Source: Patescibacteria group bacterium (GTDB lineage Bacteria; Patescibacteriota; JABMPQ01; JAQVVF01). Taken from it: a stretch of 64,000 nt of DNA. This document shows, one piece after another, positions 29,024 through 38,490 of the stretch. The stretch covers positions 165,234 to 229,233 of the forward strand of contig JBAZSC010000002.1 in assembly GCA_041662665.1 (NCBI GenBank). Direction: 5' to 3'. Below the pieces are notes generated by a model, which did no database searches, had not been told where the DNA came from, and was given only the letters and a program-made list of their open reading frames with translations. A program made the position numbers and the translations under genes. Each line of letters starts with the position of its first letter. The first letter of the stretch is position 1.

Positions 29024-30253
29024 TTACATCAAAGCTGCAGTTAGAATATTTCTTAATTCCGTTAAACGACCCAGTTCTTCTTCATCTTTAGTCTTTCCAA
29101 TCTTCTTTTCTACCCCTTTTAATTCTTTTTTATATTTGCTTCTTACTCCTCTTTCTTTTTTGGATAATGTAAAAAAAGTTTTCAATTCTTTTCCTGTTCC
29201 CATCACTGAACCAGCAATTCCAGACAAACTAGTTTCTGCTAAATTTCTAGCACTTGCCAAAATTTTTGCCATATTAGCACTAGCTTTCTCCAATCCAGGC
29301 GTTTGTCTAAGCTGTTCAGCAGTATAACCCAATTCTCCAGCAATACTCCCAACATTATTAACAACCTTAACCAACCTGTTTTCAGCATCATGAGCTACCT
29401 GTTTTTCTTTCATAAATTGATCTCTTGACACATCATTAACTTTTTTTTCAAGTGATCCAGTATCTTCAGATGAGATTCTTTCATCTTCAACCATTTTAGC
29501 TAATTCCTCAAGTGTTGGTGGCTCTATATCATCATATTCTGCCTTCGGAACATTAGGTGCTGGCAATTTTGCCTCTTTTTTTGACACAGCTAAACCACCT
29601 TCAATCAATCCTTGTACGTCAACATACTCCTCTTCACCACGTATCTCTTTAGGTGTTGGTTCATCGATTTCAACCACACCTTCTCCTTCCTGCGAAGAAT
29701 CTGGCAATGTACGTTGTACATCAGCTCTGCGAGTAAATTCAGTTTCAGTAAAATTGCCGGTTTTTTCATCATATTCAGGCAGATCCGGTACTAAAACAAG
29801 CTCAGTCGGATCAAATTTTTCTAAGTCTGCTTCAGTTAATTCCATTTCATCTGTTTCTAAAGCAGGAGCTGCTTGAACTTTTTGTTCGCCATAAGCACCT
29901 TCCTTAACTGTTGGCACATCCTCAATATTTATTTCTTTTTGAGTCGGCGCTTCATAAATATCTTTCATTGCTTGATCAAGTTTATTGCTCCATTCAGCCC
30001 AGACTTTTTTTTCATCATCAGTTTCTGGCATTCTTGGCAAATCTTCTTTTTTAAATATTTCAACGCCTTGTAAACCAATTTGTTCAATTTGCGAATCCTC
30101 AACTTCTGGAATTACTTCTTCAGCTGTTACAGCTTCTTCAATTCCTGGTTTTATTTCTCTGCCTTTTTTGTCTATAGAAACTTTTTTAAATTCTGTTTCA
30201 CCAGCTGCTTTTCTTTGGACTTCTAACGCTTGCGCATTATCACCTTTTGCCAT
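29024..30253 (-). CDS. Acidic low-complexity protein of unknown function (paralog of 30739..31899)
   Basis: The 409-aa product is Glu/Asp-rich with no signal peptide. Its C-terminal block (GELGYTAEQL...GKELKTFFT) resembles that of 30739..31899 (ELGYGAVSAGENL...GKSLKSFFSG). Confidence 0.5.
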   Translation of the reverse strand: MAKGDNAQALEVQRKAAGETEFKKVSIDKKGREIKPGIEEAVTAEEVIPEVEDSQIEQIGLQGVEIFKKEDLPRMPETDDEKKVWAEWSNKLDQAMKDIYEAPTQKEINIEDVPTVKEGAYGEQKVQAAPALETDEMELTEADLEKFDPTELVLVPDLPEYDEKTGNFTETEFTRRADVQRTLPDSSQEGEGVVEIDEPTPKEIRGEEEYVDVQGLIEGGLAVSKKEAKLPAPNVPKAEYDDIEPPTLEELAKMVEDERISSEDTGSLEKKVNDVSRDQFMKEKQVAHDAENRLVKVVNNVGSIAGELGYTAEQLRQTPGLEKASANMAKILASARNLAETSLSGIAGSVMGTGKELKTFFTLSKKERGVRSKYKKELKGVEKKIGKTKDEEELGRLTELRNILTAALM

Positions 30254-30279
30254 ATTTTTAAAAAATTAATTTTTAATAA

Positions 30280-30669
30280 CTATTGGATTTGCTCTTTTAT
30301 TCTTTTTTTCTTGTCTTCTTCAACCAATTTTACTGCTTCTTGAAAAACATCATCTAGCCTTTTATCTAATTTCTCAATTCCTTTTTGATATTCGTCATTT
30401 GCATATTTCATCCTTTTCAACATTCTAAAATAAATCAAATCCAAAACTAATTTGTCTTGATGAATTTGAGTACCCAAACCTTCTTTAGTTTTTTCTTTGT
30501 CTTTAATTCCTTTTTGCACTTTTTTGATATGATTATCAATTGCTTTGATAATGCTATCTCGCACTTTTTTACTTAAACCTTCTGTTTCTATTTTTTTAAT
30601 CAAACTATTTTTCTCGCGAGTTGTTAAATCGGATTGCTTGATTAGTTCTATTGCTTTTTTTGTTTCCAT
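30280..30669 (-). CDS. Hypothetical coiled-coil protein
   Basis: The 129-aa product is Lys/Glu-rich and predicted helical. It lies between two paralogous acidic proteins on the same strand. Confidence 0.45.
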   Translation of the reverse strand: METKKAIELIKQSDLTTREKNSLIKKIETEGLSKKVRDSIIKAIDNHIKKVQKGIKDKEKTKEGLGTQIHQDKLVLDLIYFRMLKRMKYANDEYQKGIEKLDKRLDDVFQEAVKLVEEDKKKRIKEQIQ

Positions 30670-30738
30670 ATTTTTGTATTTAAAAGATTAAATAATTAAG
30701 CTTGTCCACCAGAGTCTCCCGCAGAAGACGCAGGTACA

Positions 30739-31899
30739 TTATTCACCAAATTTTGCTCTTAATTCTTTAAAACGAACTTCTTGCGCTTTTAATTTTTCAT
30801 ATTCTCTTCTTTCCATTTTTTCTTTTGCAGATCCTACTAATACTTTTGCTTGTTCCTTTTTAAATCTTTCCCATTCCGCTATTTTCCTTTTCGTTCTAGC
30901 AATTTCAATTGGAAAATCAGTTGCCATTTCTTTATATGCTTTAACAGCCTCTTCAGAAACCGTTCTTAATCCTGAATCCATTCTTTTCATTGCTATTTTT
31001 GGCAAATTTTCTCCAGCCGAAACAGCACCATATCCTAATTCAGTCATAGTTTTACCAAAAGAAGTTAAAGTATTTTTTACAGGACCGCTAAAAAAACTTT
31101 TTAATGATTTACCTGCCTTATCTAATCTATCTTTTGCAAATCTTGTTAAGCTCTCTACTCTTTGCCTGCCCAATTCAGTATCCCAAATTTGATCTTCTTC
31201 TGCTTTTTTTACTAAAGCTAATCTCTCTGTATCTCTAACAAGAGTATCGGTATTATATATAACAGTATCAACATCTTCGCCACTTGGATTAACCAATGCT
31301 AAATCCAAAGCTGTTTCAACTCTTTGCCAATCGCTATCAAATTGTGCGTCAAATTCAGGATCTAAAAATTGCTCATTATTTCCAGCATTTAAAATCTCTA
31401 AAACCTCAGCTGTAGCTACTTCTTGTCCAGTATCTTTTTTGAGCTCTCTGACCATTTGAGCTAAAACATCTTCTTCTGGAAGTCCTTCCTCGAGTGAAGA
31501 TTTTGGAGGCTCAACTTTTGGAAGCTCAATTGTCTGAGCGCTTTCGATTTGCTTATGTGCGGCAGCCCTTCTCAAAGAAGCTTTTTCTTCTTCTGTTGCT
31601 CCACCTTTTTCAGTTTGAGTAATTTTATGTTCTGCTTTTACACCAGTAGTTGTTATTGGTTGACCATTTTCATCAACTTCTTTAACATCTTTATCAGCTA
31701 CTTCAGTTCCTTGTGCTTCTGGCAACGTTGGTGCAGTTTCCTCTTTAATTGTTGGCGCACCAATCTCAGCAACTGTTGGCGCTTCTTCAATCACAACGCC
31801 CTTGCCACTTTTTCCTTTTTTTCTCGCAGATCTCGATTTTCCTTTATAAAAAGCTTCCTGTTCTTTTGGATTTGGCACATCAATACTTTTTCTTGCCAT
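30739..31899 (-). CDS. Acidic low-complexity protein of unknown function (paralog of 29024..30253)
   Basis: The 386-aa product has PT/E-rich repeats (APTVAEIGAPTIKEETAPTLPEAQ) and a C-terminal block shared with 29024..30253. Confidence 0.5.
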   Translation of the reverse strand: MARKSIDVPNPKEQEAFYKGKSRSARKKGKSGKGVVIEEAPTVAEIGAPTIKEETAPTLPEAQGTEVADKDVKEVDENGQPITTTGVKAEHKITQTEKGGATEEEKASLRRAAAHKQIESAQTIELPKVEPPKSSLEEGLPEEDVLAQMVRELKKDTGQEVATAEVLEILNAGNNEQFLDPEFDAQFDSDWQRVETALDLALVNPSGEDVDTVIYNTDTLVRDTERLALVKKAEEDQIWDTELGRQRVESLTRFAKDRLDKAGKSLKSFFSGPVKNTLTSFGKTMTELGYGAVSAGENLPKIAMKRMDSGLRTVSEEAVKAYKEMATDFPIEIARTKRKIAEWERFKKEQAKVLVGSAKEKMERREYEKLKAQEVRFKELRAKFGE

Positions 31900-31968
31900 A
31901 AATTTTAATTTTATTTTTTAACAAAAACTACCAATAATTAAGTATAGCACAAAATAACAAGTTTCGCA

Positions 31969-32649
31969 TTATTTTTTTGGTTTTGTAATATGCGGTTCTC
32001 TTAAATAATACGGCATAACAACTTCATTTTGTTCTTTATTATTTAATTTTTCTTCTCCAATTTTTAACAAATTTTCCAGAATATCTTGATCAAAATCATC
32101 TTTAATCTTTATATCTAGAACTTTATTTTTCAATTTTTCTCTAATTATTTTTTCTTTTTCTGAATTTATTTGTCCAATAAAATAAGTTGGCAAAGTTATT
32201 TTTTCACACAACTGCTCAACAGTGCAAACGTATCTTTCTGTTTTCTGTTTCCTGTTTCCTGTTAACAATAGTTCTACATAAATCAAATCACTAATATTTT
32301 CTAAAATTGTAACAACATTATTCAAAACTCCATCGTTCTGACGTTCTAACGCTCCGACGTTCTGACGCTCCATTACTTCAAATCTATCCACACCCACAAC
32401 CTTGCAATTAAAACCAAAAGCCAAAGCATTCGCAGTAGCAACACCAACGCGCAATCCAGTATAAGATCCAGGCCCAATCACTACAATAATTCCGTCAATT
32501 TTATTATTTCCAACTATTTTTTTAATAATTGGCAATAATTCTTCAGATTGCCGAAAATTTGCTTCCCAAATTTTCTTCCTTATAATCTTATTTTGGTCAG
32601 CCAATCCGACAAAAGAAATATAAGTAGCTGTATTTATTAATAATATCAT
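31969..32649 (-). CDS. tsaB: tRNA threonylcarbamoyladenosine biosynthesis protein TsaB (YeaZ-like) with in-frame repeat insertions
   Basis: The N-terminus LLINTATYISFVGL...IIVVIGPGSYTGLRVGVATANALAFG fits TsaB. Internal repeats tctgttttctgtttcctgtttcctgtt and cgttctgacgttctaacgctccgacgttctgacgctcc encode VMERQNVGALERQNDGV. Confidence 0.75.
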   Translation of the reverse strand: MILLINTATYISFVGLADQNKIIRKKIWEANFRQSEELLPIIKKIVGNNKIDGIIVVIGPGSYTGLRVGVATANALAFGFNCKVVGVDRFEVMERQNVGALERQNDGVLNNVVTILENISDLIYVELLLTGNRKQKTERYVCTVEQLCEKITLPTYFIGQINSEKEKIIREKLKNKVLDIKIKDDFDQDILENLLKIGEEKLNNKEQNEVVMPYYLREPHITKPKK

Positions 32650-32737
32650 TTTAAAAAAATAAATTTTATGCTATATTTTCTATATCTAAGTTCAATTTTA
32701 TGAACTTTAAAAACTTTATAACTTTATAACTAATAAC

Positions 32738-33193
32738 ATGCTTATCATCCCAAAAGTACTTATTATTGCACTTGCATCAGGCGTTGTTGTACAAATCATC
32801 AAAGCTTGCATCATGTCTTGGCAAAACAAAGAAATTTTTAATTTTCATTATCTCTCTCGTTATGGCGGCATGCCTTCAACTCATTCTGCATTTCTAGCAT
32901 CTTTATCATCTGCAGTCTTTCTTGAAGACGGCTTTGCATCTACCTCTTTTGCCATCTGCTTAATTTTTTCTATTATTATAATCAGAGATGCCTTTGGTTT
33001 TAGAATGCTTTTGGAAAATCAAGGTAAAACATTAAAGAAAATGATTGATAATAACGAGAAAGAATTCAAAGAAATTGAAAAATACGATCGATACAAAACT
33101 TTAGGCTTGCGTGTCGGCCACACTTTACCAGAAATTATTGTTGGAACAATGATTGGAATCCTTGTTACCTTGTCTTTATTCTTTATAATCTAG
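32738..33193 (+). CDS. Divergent PAP2-family membrane protein (PF02681-like)
   Basis: The GGMPSTHSA motif is present, with four TM helices in a 151-aa product. Confidence 0.7.
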   Translation: MLIIPKVLIIALASGVVVQIIKACIMSWQNKEIFNFHYLSRYGGMPSTHSAFLASLSSAVFLEDGFASTSFAICLIFSIIIIRDAFGFRMLLENQGKTLKKMIDNNEKEFKEIEKYDRYKTLGLRVGHTLPEIIVGTMIGILVTLSLFFII

Positions 33194-33194
33194 A

Positions 33195-33340
33195 CTCAAA
33201 ACTCTAAATCCTAAATTCTAAATCCTAAACAAACTCAAAACCCAAATATCCAAATTCCAAAAACTCCGAAGTGCACTTTTGAATTTTATATTTTAGTTAT
33301 TTAAATTTGTTTAGAATTTAGAATTTAGTGCTTAGAATTT
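33195..33340. repeat. AT-rich imperfect palindrome of CTAAATCCTAAATTC / GAATTTAGAATTTAG units between convergent genes
   Basis: ctaaatcctaaattctaaatcctaaac ... gtttagaatttagaatttagtgcttagaatttt. Confidence 0.6.
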
Positions 33341-34731
33341 TAACGACTTAGGATTTTTTCCAATTCTTCTCTCACAACTACCCTGTCATCCCACGCAATT
33401 CCTTTTCCACTTCCAACTGGTCCAGTCATTATCATTTGCTCGCAACCTTTTCCAGTTATCAAAACCACATCGCCCTTCTGGGCTTTTTTTATTGCCAAAG
33501 CAATGGCATCTCGTCGATTCAAAATTTTAAATAAATTCTCATTCAATCGTTTTGGTTTAGCATTCGAAAAAGTATTTGATTTATTCGAAAAAGAATTTGA
33601 GTGATTCAACACGCCTGCCACAACATCATCGATAATGGTCTTCGGGTCATCATCATAAGGATCTTCATTCGTCACAATCACAATGTCAGCATATTTTGCA
33701 GCTAGTGCTCCTAGCTTTGGTCTTCTTGCCACATCACGTCCTCCACCAGTTGATCCTAAAACAGAAATTATCCGTCCCCGAGTACCTAAAAAACTAAGTA
33801 ACTTAGTAACTGCTTGATAAACATTTTCTAAAGCATTTGGCTCAAATGCATAATCAACAATTACTTTAAAATCTTGTCCTTCTTCAATAAACTCCATTTT
33901 GCCTAAATGCAATTTTACTTTTTTCAAAATATTTGCGCAATCTTCAAGTTTCATTTTATATAATGAACAAACCGCAATTGCAGACAACGCATTATAAACA
34001 TTATACTCACCTAACATATTCAAACTAAAATCAATGTCATTATTTATATTCGAAACTTCACATTTTGAATTCATTTGACATTTCGGATTTAAAATTTGAA
34101 ACTTTACTTGCAATCCTTCTGTTTTAATATTAACTGCTCTAAAATTGCAATTTTCATTTTTAATTCCAAATGTTAATTTTTCTCTAACTAAAAAATCCAA
34201 AAATTCAGGCGCATATTTGCTATCTGCATTTGCGACAATTTTATTTTTTACAACTTTGAAAAATTTTAATTTTGCTTTTTTATAATTCTCAAATCCACCA
34301 TGCGCTTCAACATGTTCTGAAAATAAATTTGTAAAAACTCCGCAATCAAAATCAATGCCTTTATGACGATATTGTTCAATTCCTTGCGAAGTTACTTCAA
34401 TAATACAAAATTTACAGCCTTCTTTAACAGCTTCTTTCAAAAATTTTTGTGTTTTAAATCTGCCAAGCATTGTCTGTTTGTACTTGCTGATCCATTCTTT
34501 ATCGCCAATTGCAAAATTTGATGTTGACATCATCGCGCATTTTTTTCCAGATTTTTGTAAAATTTGATAAATTAAATTGCATGTTGTTGTCTTACCAGTT
34601 GTGCCAGTTACTCCAATTACTGTCAATTTTTTTGATGAATGACCATACAAAAAAGCAGCTAAACCAGCCAAAACAAAATGATAAGCTCTCAAAATCGGCT
34701 TTGGAATAATTTTTCTTAAAATATTCATCAT
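33340..34731 (-). CDS. Mur ligase family protein (MurE-like)
   Basis: The motif VIGVTGTTGKTTT is a Mur-ligase P-loop. The C-terminus TNEDPYDDDPKTIIDDV...DRRDAIALAIKKAQKGDVVLITGKGCEQ is MurE-like. An in-frame tandem repeat is inserted (HSNSFSNKSNTFSN). Confidence 0.7.
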   Translation of the reverse strand: MMNILRKIIPKPILRAYHFVLAGLAAFLYGHSSKKLTVIGVTGTTGKTTTCNLIYQILQKSGKKCAMMSTSNFAIGDKEWISKYKQTMLGRFKTQKFLKEAVKEGCKFCIIEVTSQGIEQYRHKGIDFDCGVFTNLFSEHVEAHGGFENYKKAKLKFFKVVKNKIVANADSKYAPEFLDFLVREKLTFGIKNENCNFRAVNIKTEGLQVKFQILNPKCQMNSKCEVSNINNDIDFSLNMLGEYNVYNALSAIAVCSLYKMKLEDCANILKKVKLHLGKMEFIEEGQDFKVIVDYAFEPNALENVYQAVTKLLSFLGTRGRIISVLGSTGGGRDVARRPKLGALAAKYADIVIVTNEDPYDDDPKTIIDDVVAGVLNHSNSFSNKSNTFSNAKPKRLNENLFKILNRRDAIALAIKKAQKGDVVLITGKGCEQMIMTGPVGSGKGIAWDDRVVVREELEKILSR

Positions 34732-34845
34732 ACATCTAAAATAACATAGAAAACGTCTTTTTTCAACTTAGCCAAAAAAAATACGGCTAAACATTTTAGC
34801 CGTATTAGAGATTTATTCGTCGTATTAGAGACTTTATTAGAGAAA

Positions 34846-36897
34846 TTACTTCACGCCAATCGTCAGCAATGTGTCTTTCTGTTTAAAATATCTGAAATCA
34901 GTTGCAAATGTATTTTTCTTAGTCTTCTGTTTTGTATTCGCTATCAATTTCAACTTGTTAGCATTGATCCAAGTCTTAGTTCCTTTGTCATAGATTTTTA
35001 ACCATAACTTCTTTTCAGCTTGTTTTTTCGTTAGCTTCTTTAAAACAGAATTCTTCAGTCTCAATTTATTCACCAATTTAGTAGTATAGTAAAACTTTAT
35101 TCTTACCTTAAACATTTTATTCTGATATTTTACTACCTTCTTTTTGTAAGTCTTCAATTTCGCACTACTACAACTCAAACTGTTATAGCAATCCGCATAA
35201 TTGCTTTCAGCATTTATCAATTTTTTTCTATAAGCTTTTCTATATGTATAAAGATTTGTTCTAACTTTCCAATATCTTTTAATCGTATTTGATTTGTATT
35301 TTGGATATTTTTTATTATATTTTTTGTATCTAAAAGTCTGCAACCAATACCTAGTTGGATCATTAGGAACTTCTTTCCAAGTATAAACTAAATCATAATT
35401 AACTATTTCTTGACCAATAATATCCTCTGTTACAGTTCGCCTTTCAGATTCACCAGTTTCCTCTTCGGCAGCTGATTCAGTTAAAGCAGTTGATATTGTA
35501 TTGCCTGCCCAATCTGACACTCTGAAATATATTGTTTTAACAGTTGAACTCGAAGCAGGATATATACGATCAGTAAAAGTTTCTGAAGTCAAAGCTGTTC
35601 CTATTCCAGCTGTCAAAGGATTGCAAGTATCATTTTCATCAATGCAATAATACTTTGCTCCACCCATTTTTGCATAATCAGATGCCGACATTTTATAACT
35701 AAATTCAGCTCCTGCCTTGCCAGTTAAAGCAACAGTTGCAGTTGGAATAACAGAATCAAGTAAAACTAAATTTTGATTATCATTACCAGTGGAATAATCT
35801 GATATAAAATAATTTTCATTACCATTTATCATTGATGTGTTTGTATTGCCCGCATCCATAGATTCTATTACTGTATCGCTAATTCCAGCAGAGCTATTTG
35901 TAGCATAATTTAAAAAATAGGCTGAAGTATAAGAAGAATGAGAAATATGAGAATAATTTTGACTATCTAATACAATCGATGGTGCTCCACCAATTCCAGT
36001 ACTATTGCAAGTATAAGATTCTGAAGTAAAACCGCTCACACTGCCAGCAGCAACTTTCAAACAAAACGTTGAGCCATTGTAATAAAAATAACCAATTCTT
36101 ACAACATTATCGCTTCCGATAGAAATACTATTATTTTTATACAAAAAATGACTTAGCGCAATAGTAGTAGCAACAGCAACATCCAGCGACCATGACCCAT
36201 TCGCATGCAATTGAATATATCTAATAGCTGCAGTACTTCCTCTATAATATGAAATATGAATATTATCAGATGAATCAACAACCGCCGATATATCCCATCC
36301 ATTATTTCCTGAAACAGCTGCATTTTCTGTAATCCAACTGTCACCACTTAAATATGCATGTTTTACATAACTAGTACCAGCATCAAAAACTTTTTGATAA
36401 AAAACATGGGGAGTACCATTTGAAGTTAAAACTATTGATGTATGATAACCTGTATCGCCATCAGCGTCAGCCGTCCAAACAGAAGACCACGAACCACCAG
36501 TATTTTTATAAACGTACAAATTTGAATCCGATTGAAAACTAATCCAAATATTATTATTAGACTTGTCTATCGCAATCGAACAATATTTTCCGAAATCAAC
36601 AAACAATGAACGCCCAACAACTTCAACTTGCCAAGCAGTTCCATCCCAATATGCATGTTTCAATCCATGATATGTCCCATCCTCATAATACGAACAAAGA
36701 TGAGGATAATCATTACTATCAAGAGCGATAAATCTATCACCAAAATAATCCTTGGCATCACCAACTACGTCTGCAAAAGTCACCTTTCCACTTTCATTCG
36801 TTTGCGTCACTGCCTTCGCTTGATTTGTATTAGCAATCATTCCAAATGCAAAGAAAATTGCTAAAAAACAAAGTAAAGACAATACTTTTTTCTTCAT
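34846..36897 (-). CDS. Secreted repeat protein with the shared Lys-rich C-terminal module
   Basis: A signal peptide is followed by W-containing beta-propeller-like repeats, a CHB_HEX_C-like segment (TVKTIYFRVSDWAGN), and a C-terminus homologous to the other four secreted proteins (RYWKVRTNLYTYRK...TIGVK). Confidence 0.65.
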   Translation of the reverse strand: MKKKVLSLLCFLAIFFAFGMIANTNQAKAVTQTNESGKVTFADVVGDAKDYFGDRFIALDSNDYPHLCSYYEDGTYHGLKHAYWDGTAWQVEVVGRSLFVDFGKYCSIAIDKSNNNIWISFQSDSNLYVYKNTGGSWSSVWTADADGDTGYHTSIVLTSNGTPHVFYQKVFDAGTSYVKHAYLSGDSWITENAAVSGNNGWDISAVVDSSDNIHISYYRGSTAAIRYIQLHANGSWSLDVAVATTIALSHFLYKNNSISIGSDNVVRIGYFYYNGSTFCLKVAAGSVSGFTSESYTCNSTGIGGAPSIVLDSQNYSHISHSSYTSAYFLNYATNSSAGISDTVIESMDAGNTNTSMINGNENYFISDYSTGNDNQNLVLLDSVIPTATVALTGKAGAEFSYKMSASDYAKMGGAKYYCIDENDTCNPLTAGIGTALTSETFTDRIYPASSSTVKTIYFRVSDWAGNTISTALTESAAEEETGESERRTVTEDIIGQEIVNYDLVYTWKEVPNDPTRYWLQTFRYKKYNKKYPKYKSNTIKRYWKVRTNLYTYRKAYRKKLINAESNYADCYNSLSCSSAKLKTYKKKVVKYQNKMFKVRIKFYYTTKLVNKLRLKNSVLKKLTKKQAEKKLWLKIYDKGTKTWINANKLKLIANTKQKTKKNTFATDFRYFKQKDTLLTIGVK

Positions 36898-36970
36898 TTT
36901 TTTGATTTTATTTTTATAAAAATTTTGTTAAGTATATTATAACACAAATAATAATAATAGATATCCCAAC

Positions 36971-38125
36971 TTAATTAAACTTCGCCACTACATTATAAAA
37001 AATCTGATAAACAATTCCTCCGCCAAAAATTATATACAAAATATAAATTAAAAATTTCGGCAATCTCAATGAATAAGCTGGCTTTAATTGTCCTATTTTT
37101 TTTGCCTTCAAAAACATTCTCAATATCATAATACCTTGCAAACCGCCAGTCACTGTTCCAACTATTTCAATAACCGCAATAAAACTCCTTGCACCTAAAA
37201 CAAAAATTATTAATGGTATTGTAACTGTAATAACCCACGCCCAAATATTTTTTATTTTATAATCAAATTGAAACATATCTTTCATTGTCATACCAAGACT
37301 AAAAAAAGAAGTTGCCACAGCTAAAATACCTAAGATCGCTCCAGCAACAACAATCTTCCTACCCAAAATTTTGCTAACACCAACAATTGCTTCCTCGCTT
37401 GTTTGATCGCCAGAAATTCCAACAATCACAAAACTAAAAAATAAATAAACTAAAAAAGCAATTATCATTCCAAATATAATCGCAATTTTTAATCTTCTCT
37501 TATTCTTCGCTAATAAATCAACCATGCCCGGAATAGTCGACGCACCTTCATAAGAAAATAGAATAACACCATAAGGCAAAAACAAAGATCCTATTCCTAA
37601 ACCAATAAAATTAGTTAAACTTATTTCACGAACTCCGATAATAATCACAAAACCAACAATTAATAAAAGCAGAAAAACCATTAAATTCTCGAGCTTTTCT
37701 ATTACTCTCATGCCGAATAATAAAGCAATACTCGCTAGAATATAAAAAATGAGCGAGTATAAAAAAGGCGTCCCACCAAAATAAGGCTTAAAAACTATCG
37801 CTAAAAAATTACCGATACCTATAGTATAAGCTAAAGTTGCACCAAAAACTCCAAAAATTAACGAAAATGCTACTGTTCTTTGTCCCCAAATTCCAGCATA
37901 TTTTTTTGCATAACCAGTCATCTGATGATGACCTTTTGTCCTCAAAATAATCTCGCCAAACGCCAAAGTTGTAATTGTTACCATAATTCCCAAAATCAAC
38001 AAATACAAAAAACCAACTCCAAAACCAACTTTGGAAATTACATAAGGAATACCAAACATACCAACACCAATCACAGTGCCAACCAACATCGCTACAGCGC
38101 TAAAAAAATTTGCTTTCAATTTCAT
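36971..38125 (-). CDS. Amino acid permease (APC/aromatic amino acid transporter-like), about 11 TM helices
   Basis: The product is hydrophobic throughout, and its N-terminus FSAVAMLVGTVIGVGMFGIPYV is typical of amino-acid permeases. Confidence 0.65.
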   Translation of the reverse strand: MKLKANFFSAVAMLVGTVIGVGMFGIPYVISKVGFGVGFLYLLILGIMVTITTLAFGEIILRTKGHHQMTGYAKKYAGIWGQRTVAFSLIFGVFGATLAYTIGIGNFLAIVFKPYFGGTPFLYSLIFYILASIALLFGMRVIEKLENLMVFLLLLIVGFVIIIGVREISLTNFIGLGIGSLFLPYGVILFSYEGASTIPGMVDLLAKNKRRLKIAIIFGMIIAFLVYLFFSFVIVGISGDQTSEEAIVGVSKILGRKIVVAGAILGILAVATSFFSLGMTMKDMFQFDYKIKNIWAWVITVTIPLIIFVLGARSFIAVIEIVGTVTGGLQGIMILRMFLKAKKIGQLKPAYSLRLPKFLIYILYIIFGGGIVYQIFYNVVAKFN

Positions 38126-38214
38126 AGATATAATACAAATATACGAATTTATACAAATGATACAAATATGCGAATTCGTATATTCGCAACATTTGCATTA
38201 TTTGTATATTCGTA

Positions 38215-38472
38215 TTATTTTTTCCAGAATTCCCACCATTTCTTTTGTATTTTTTCTTCTTTATCCGCCGAAGCTTTAGCGAAGGCGGACTCTCTCATCT
38301 TTTCTGCAACGTCTTCTTGTTCGTCTGGCCTTAGATTAAATTTGCTTTCTTCGTTCATTTCATTATGTTGCTTATCAATTGTTTTCTCTTGCATCTTGTT
38401 TGCATAACCAGAATCACGCGCATCTTCTCTCTTCTTTTCAACACGATCAAATGGATTTTGTTGGTCTACCAT
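38215..38472 (-). CDS. Small charged hypothetical protein carrying an in-frame palindromic element (SAFAKASADKEEK)
   Basis: The 85-aa ORF contains the 26-nt element at 38264-38289. Its coding status is uncertain. Confidence 0.35.
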   Translation of the reverse strand: MVDQQNPFDRVEKKREDARDSGYANKMQEKTIDKQHNEMNEESKFNLRPDEQEDVAEKMRESAFAKASADKEEKIQKKWWEFWKK

Positions 38473-38490
38473 AAATTTAAAATTATTTTA

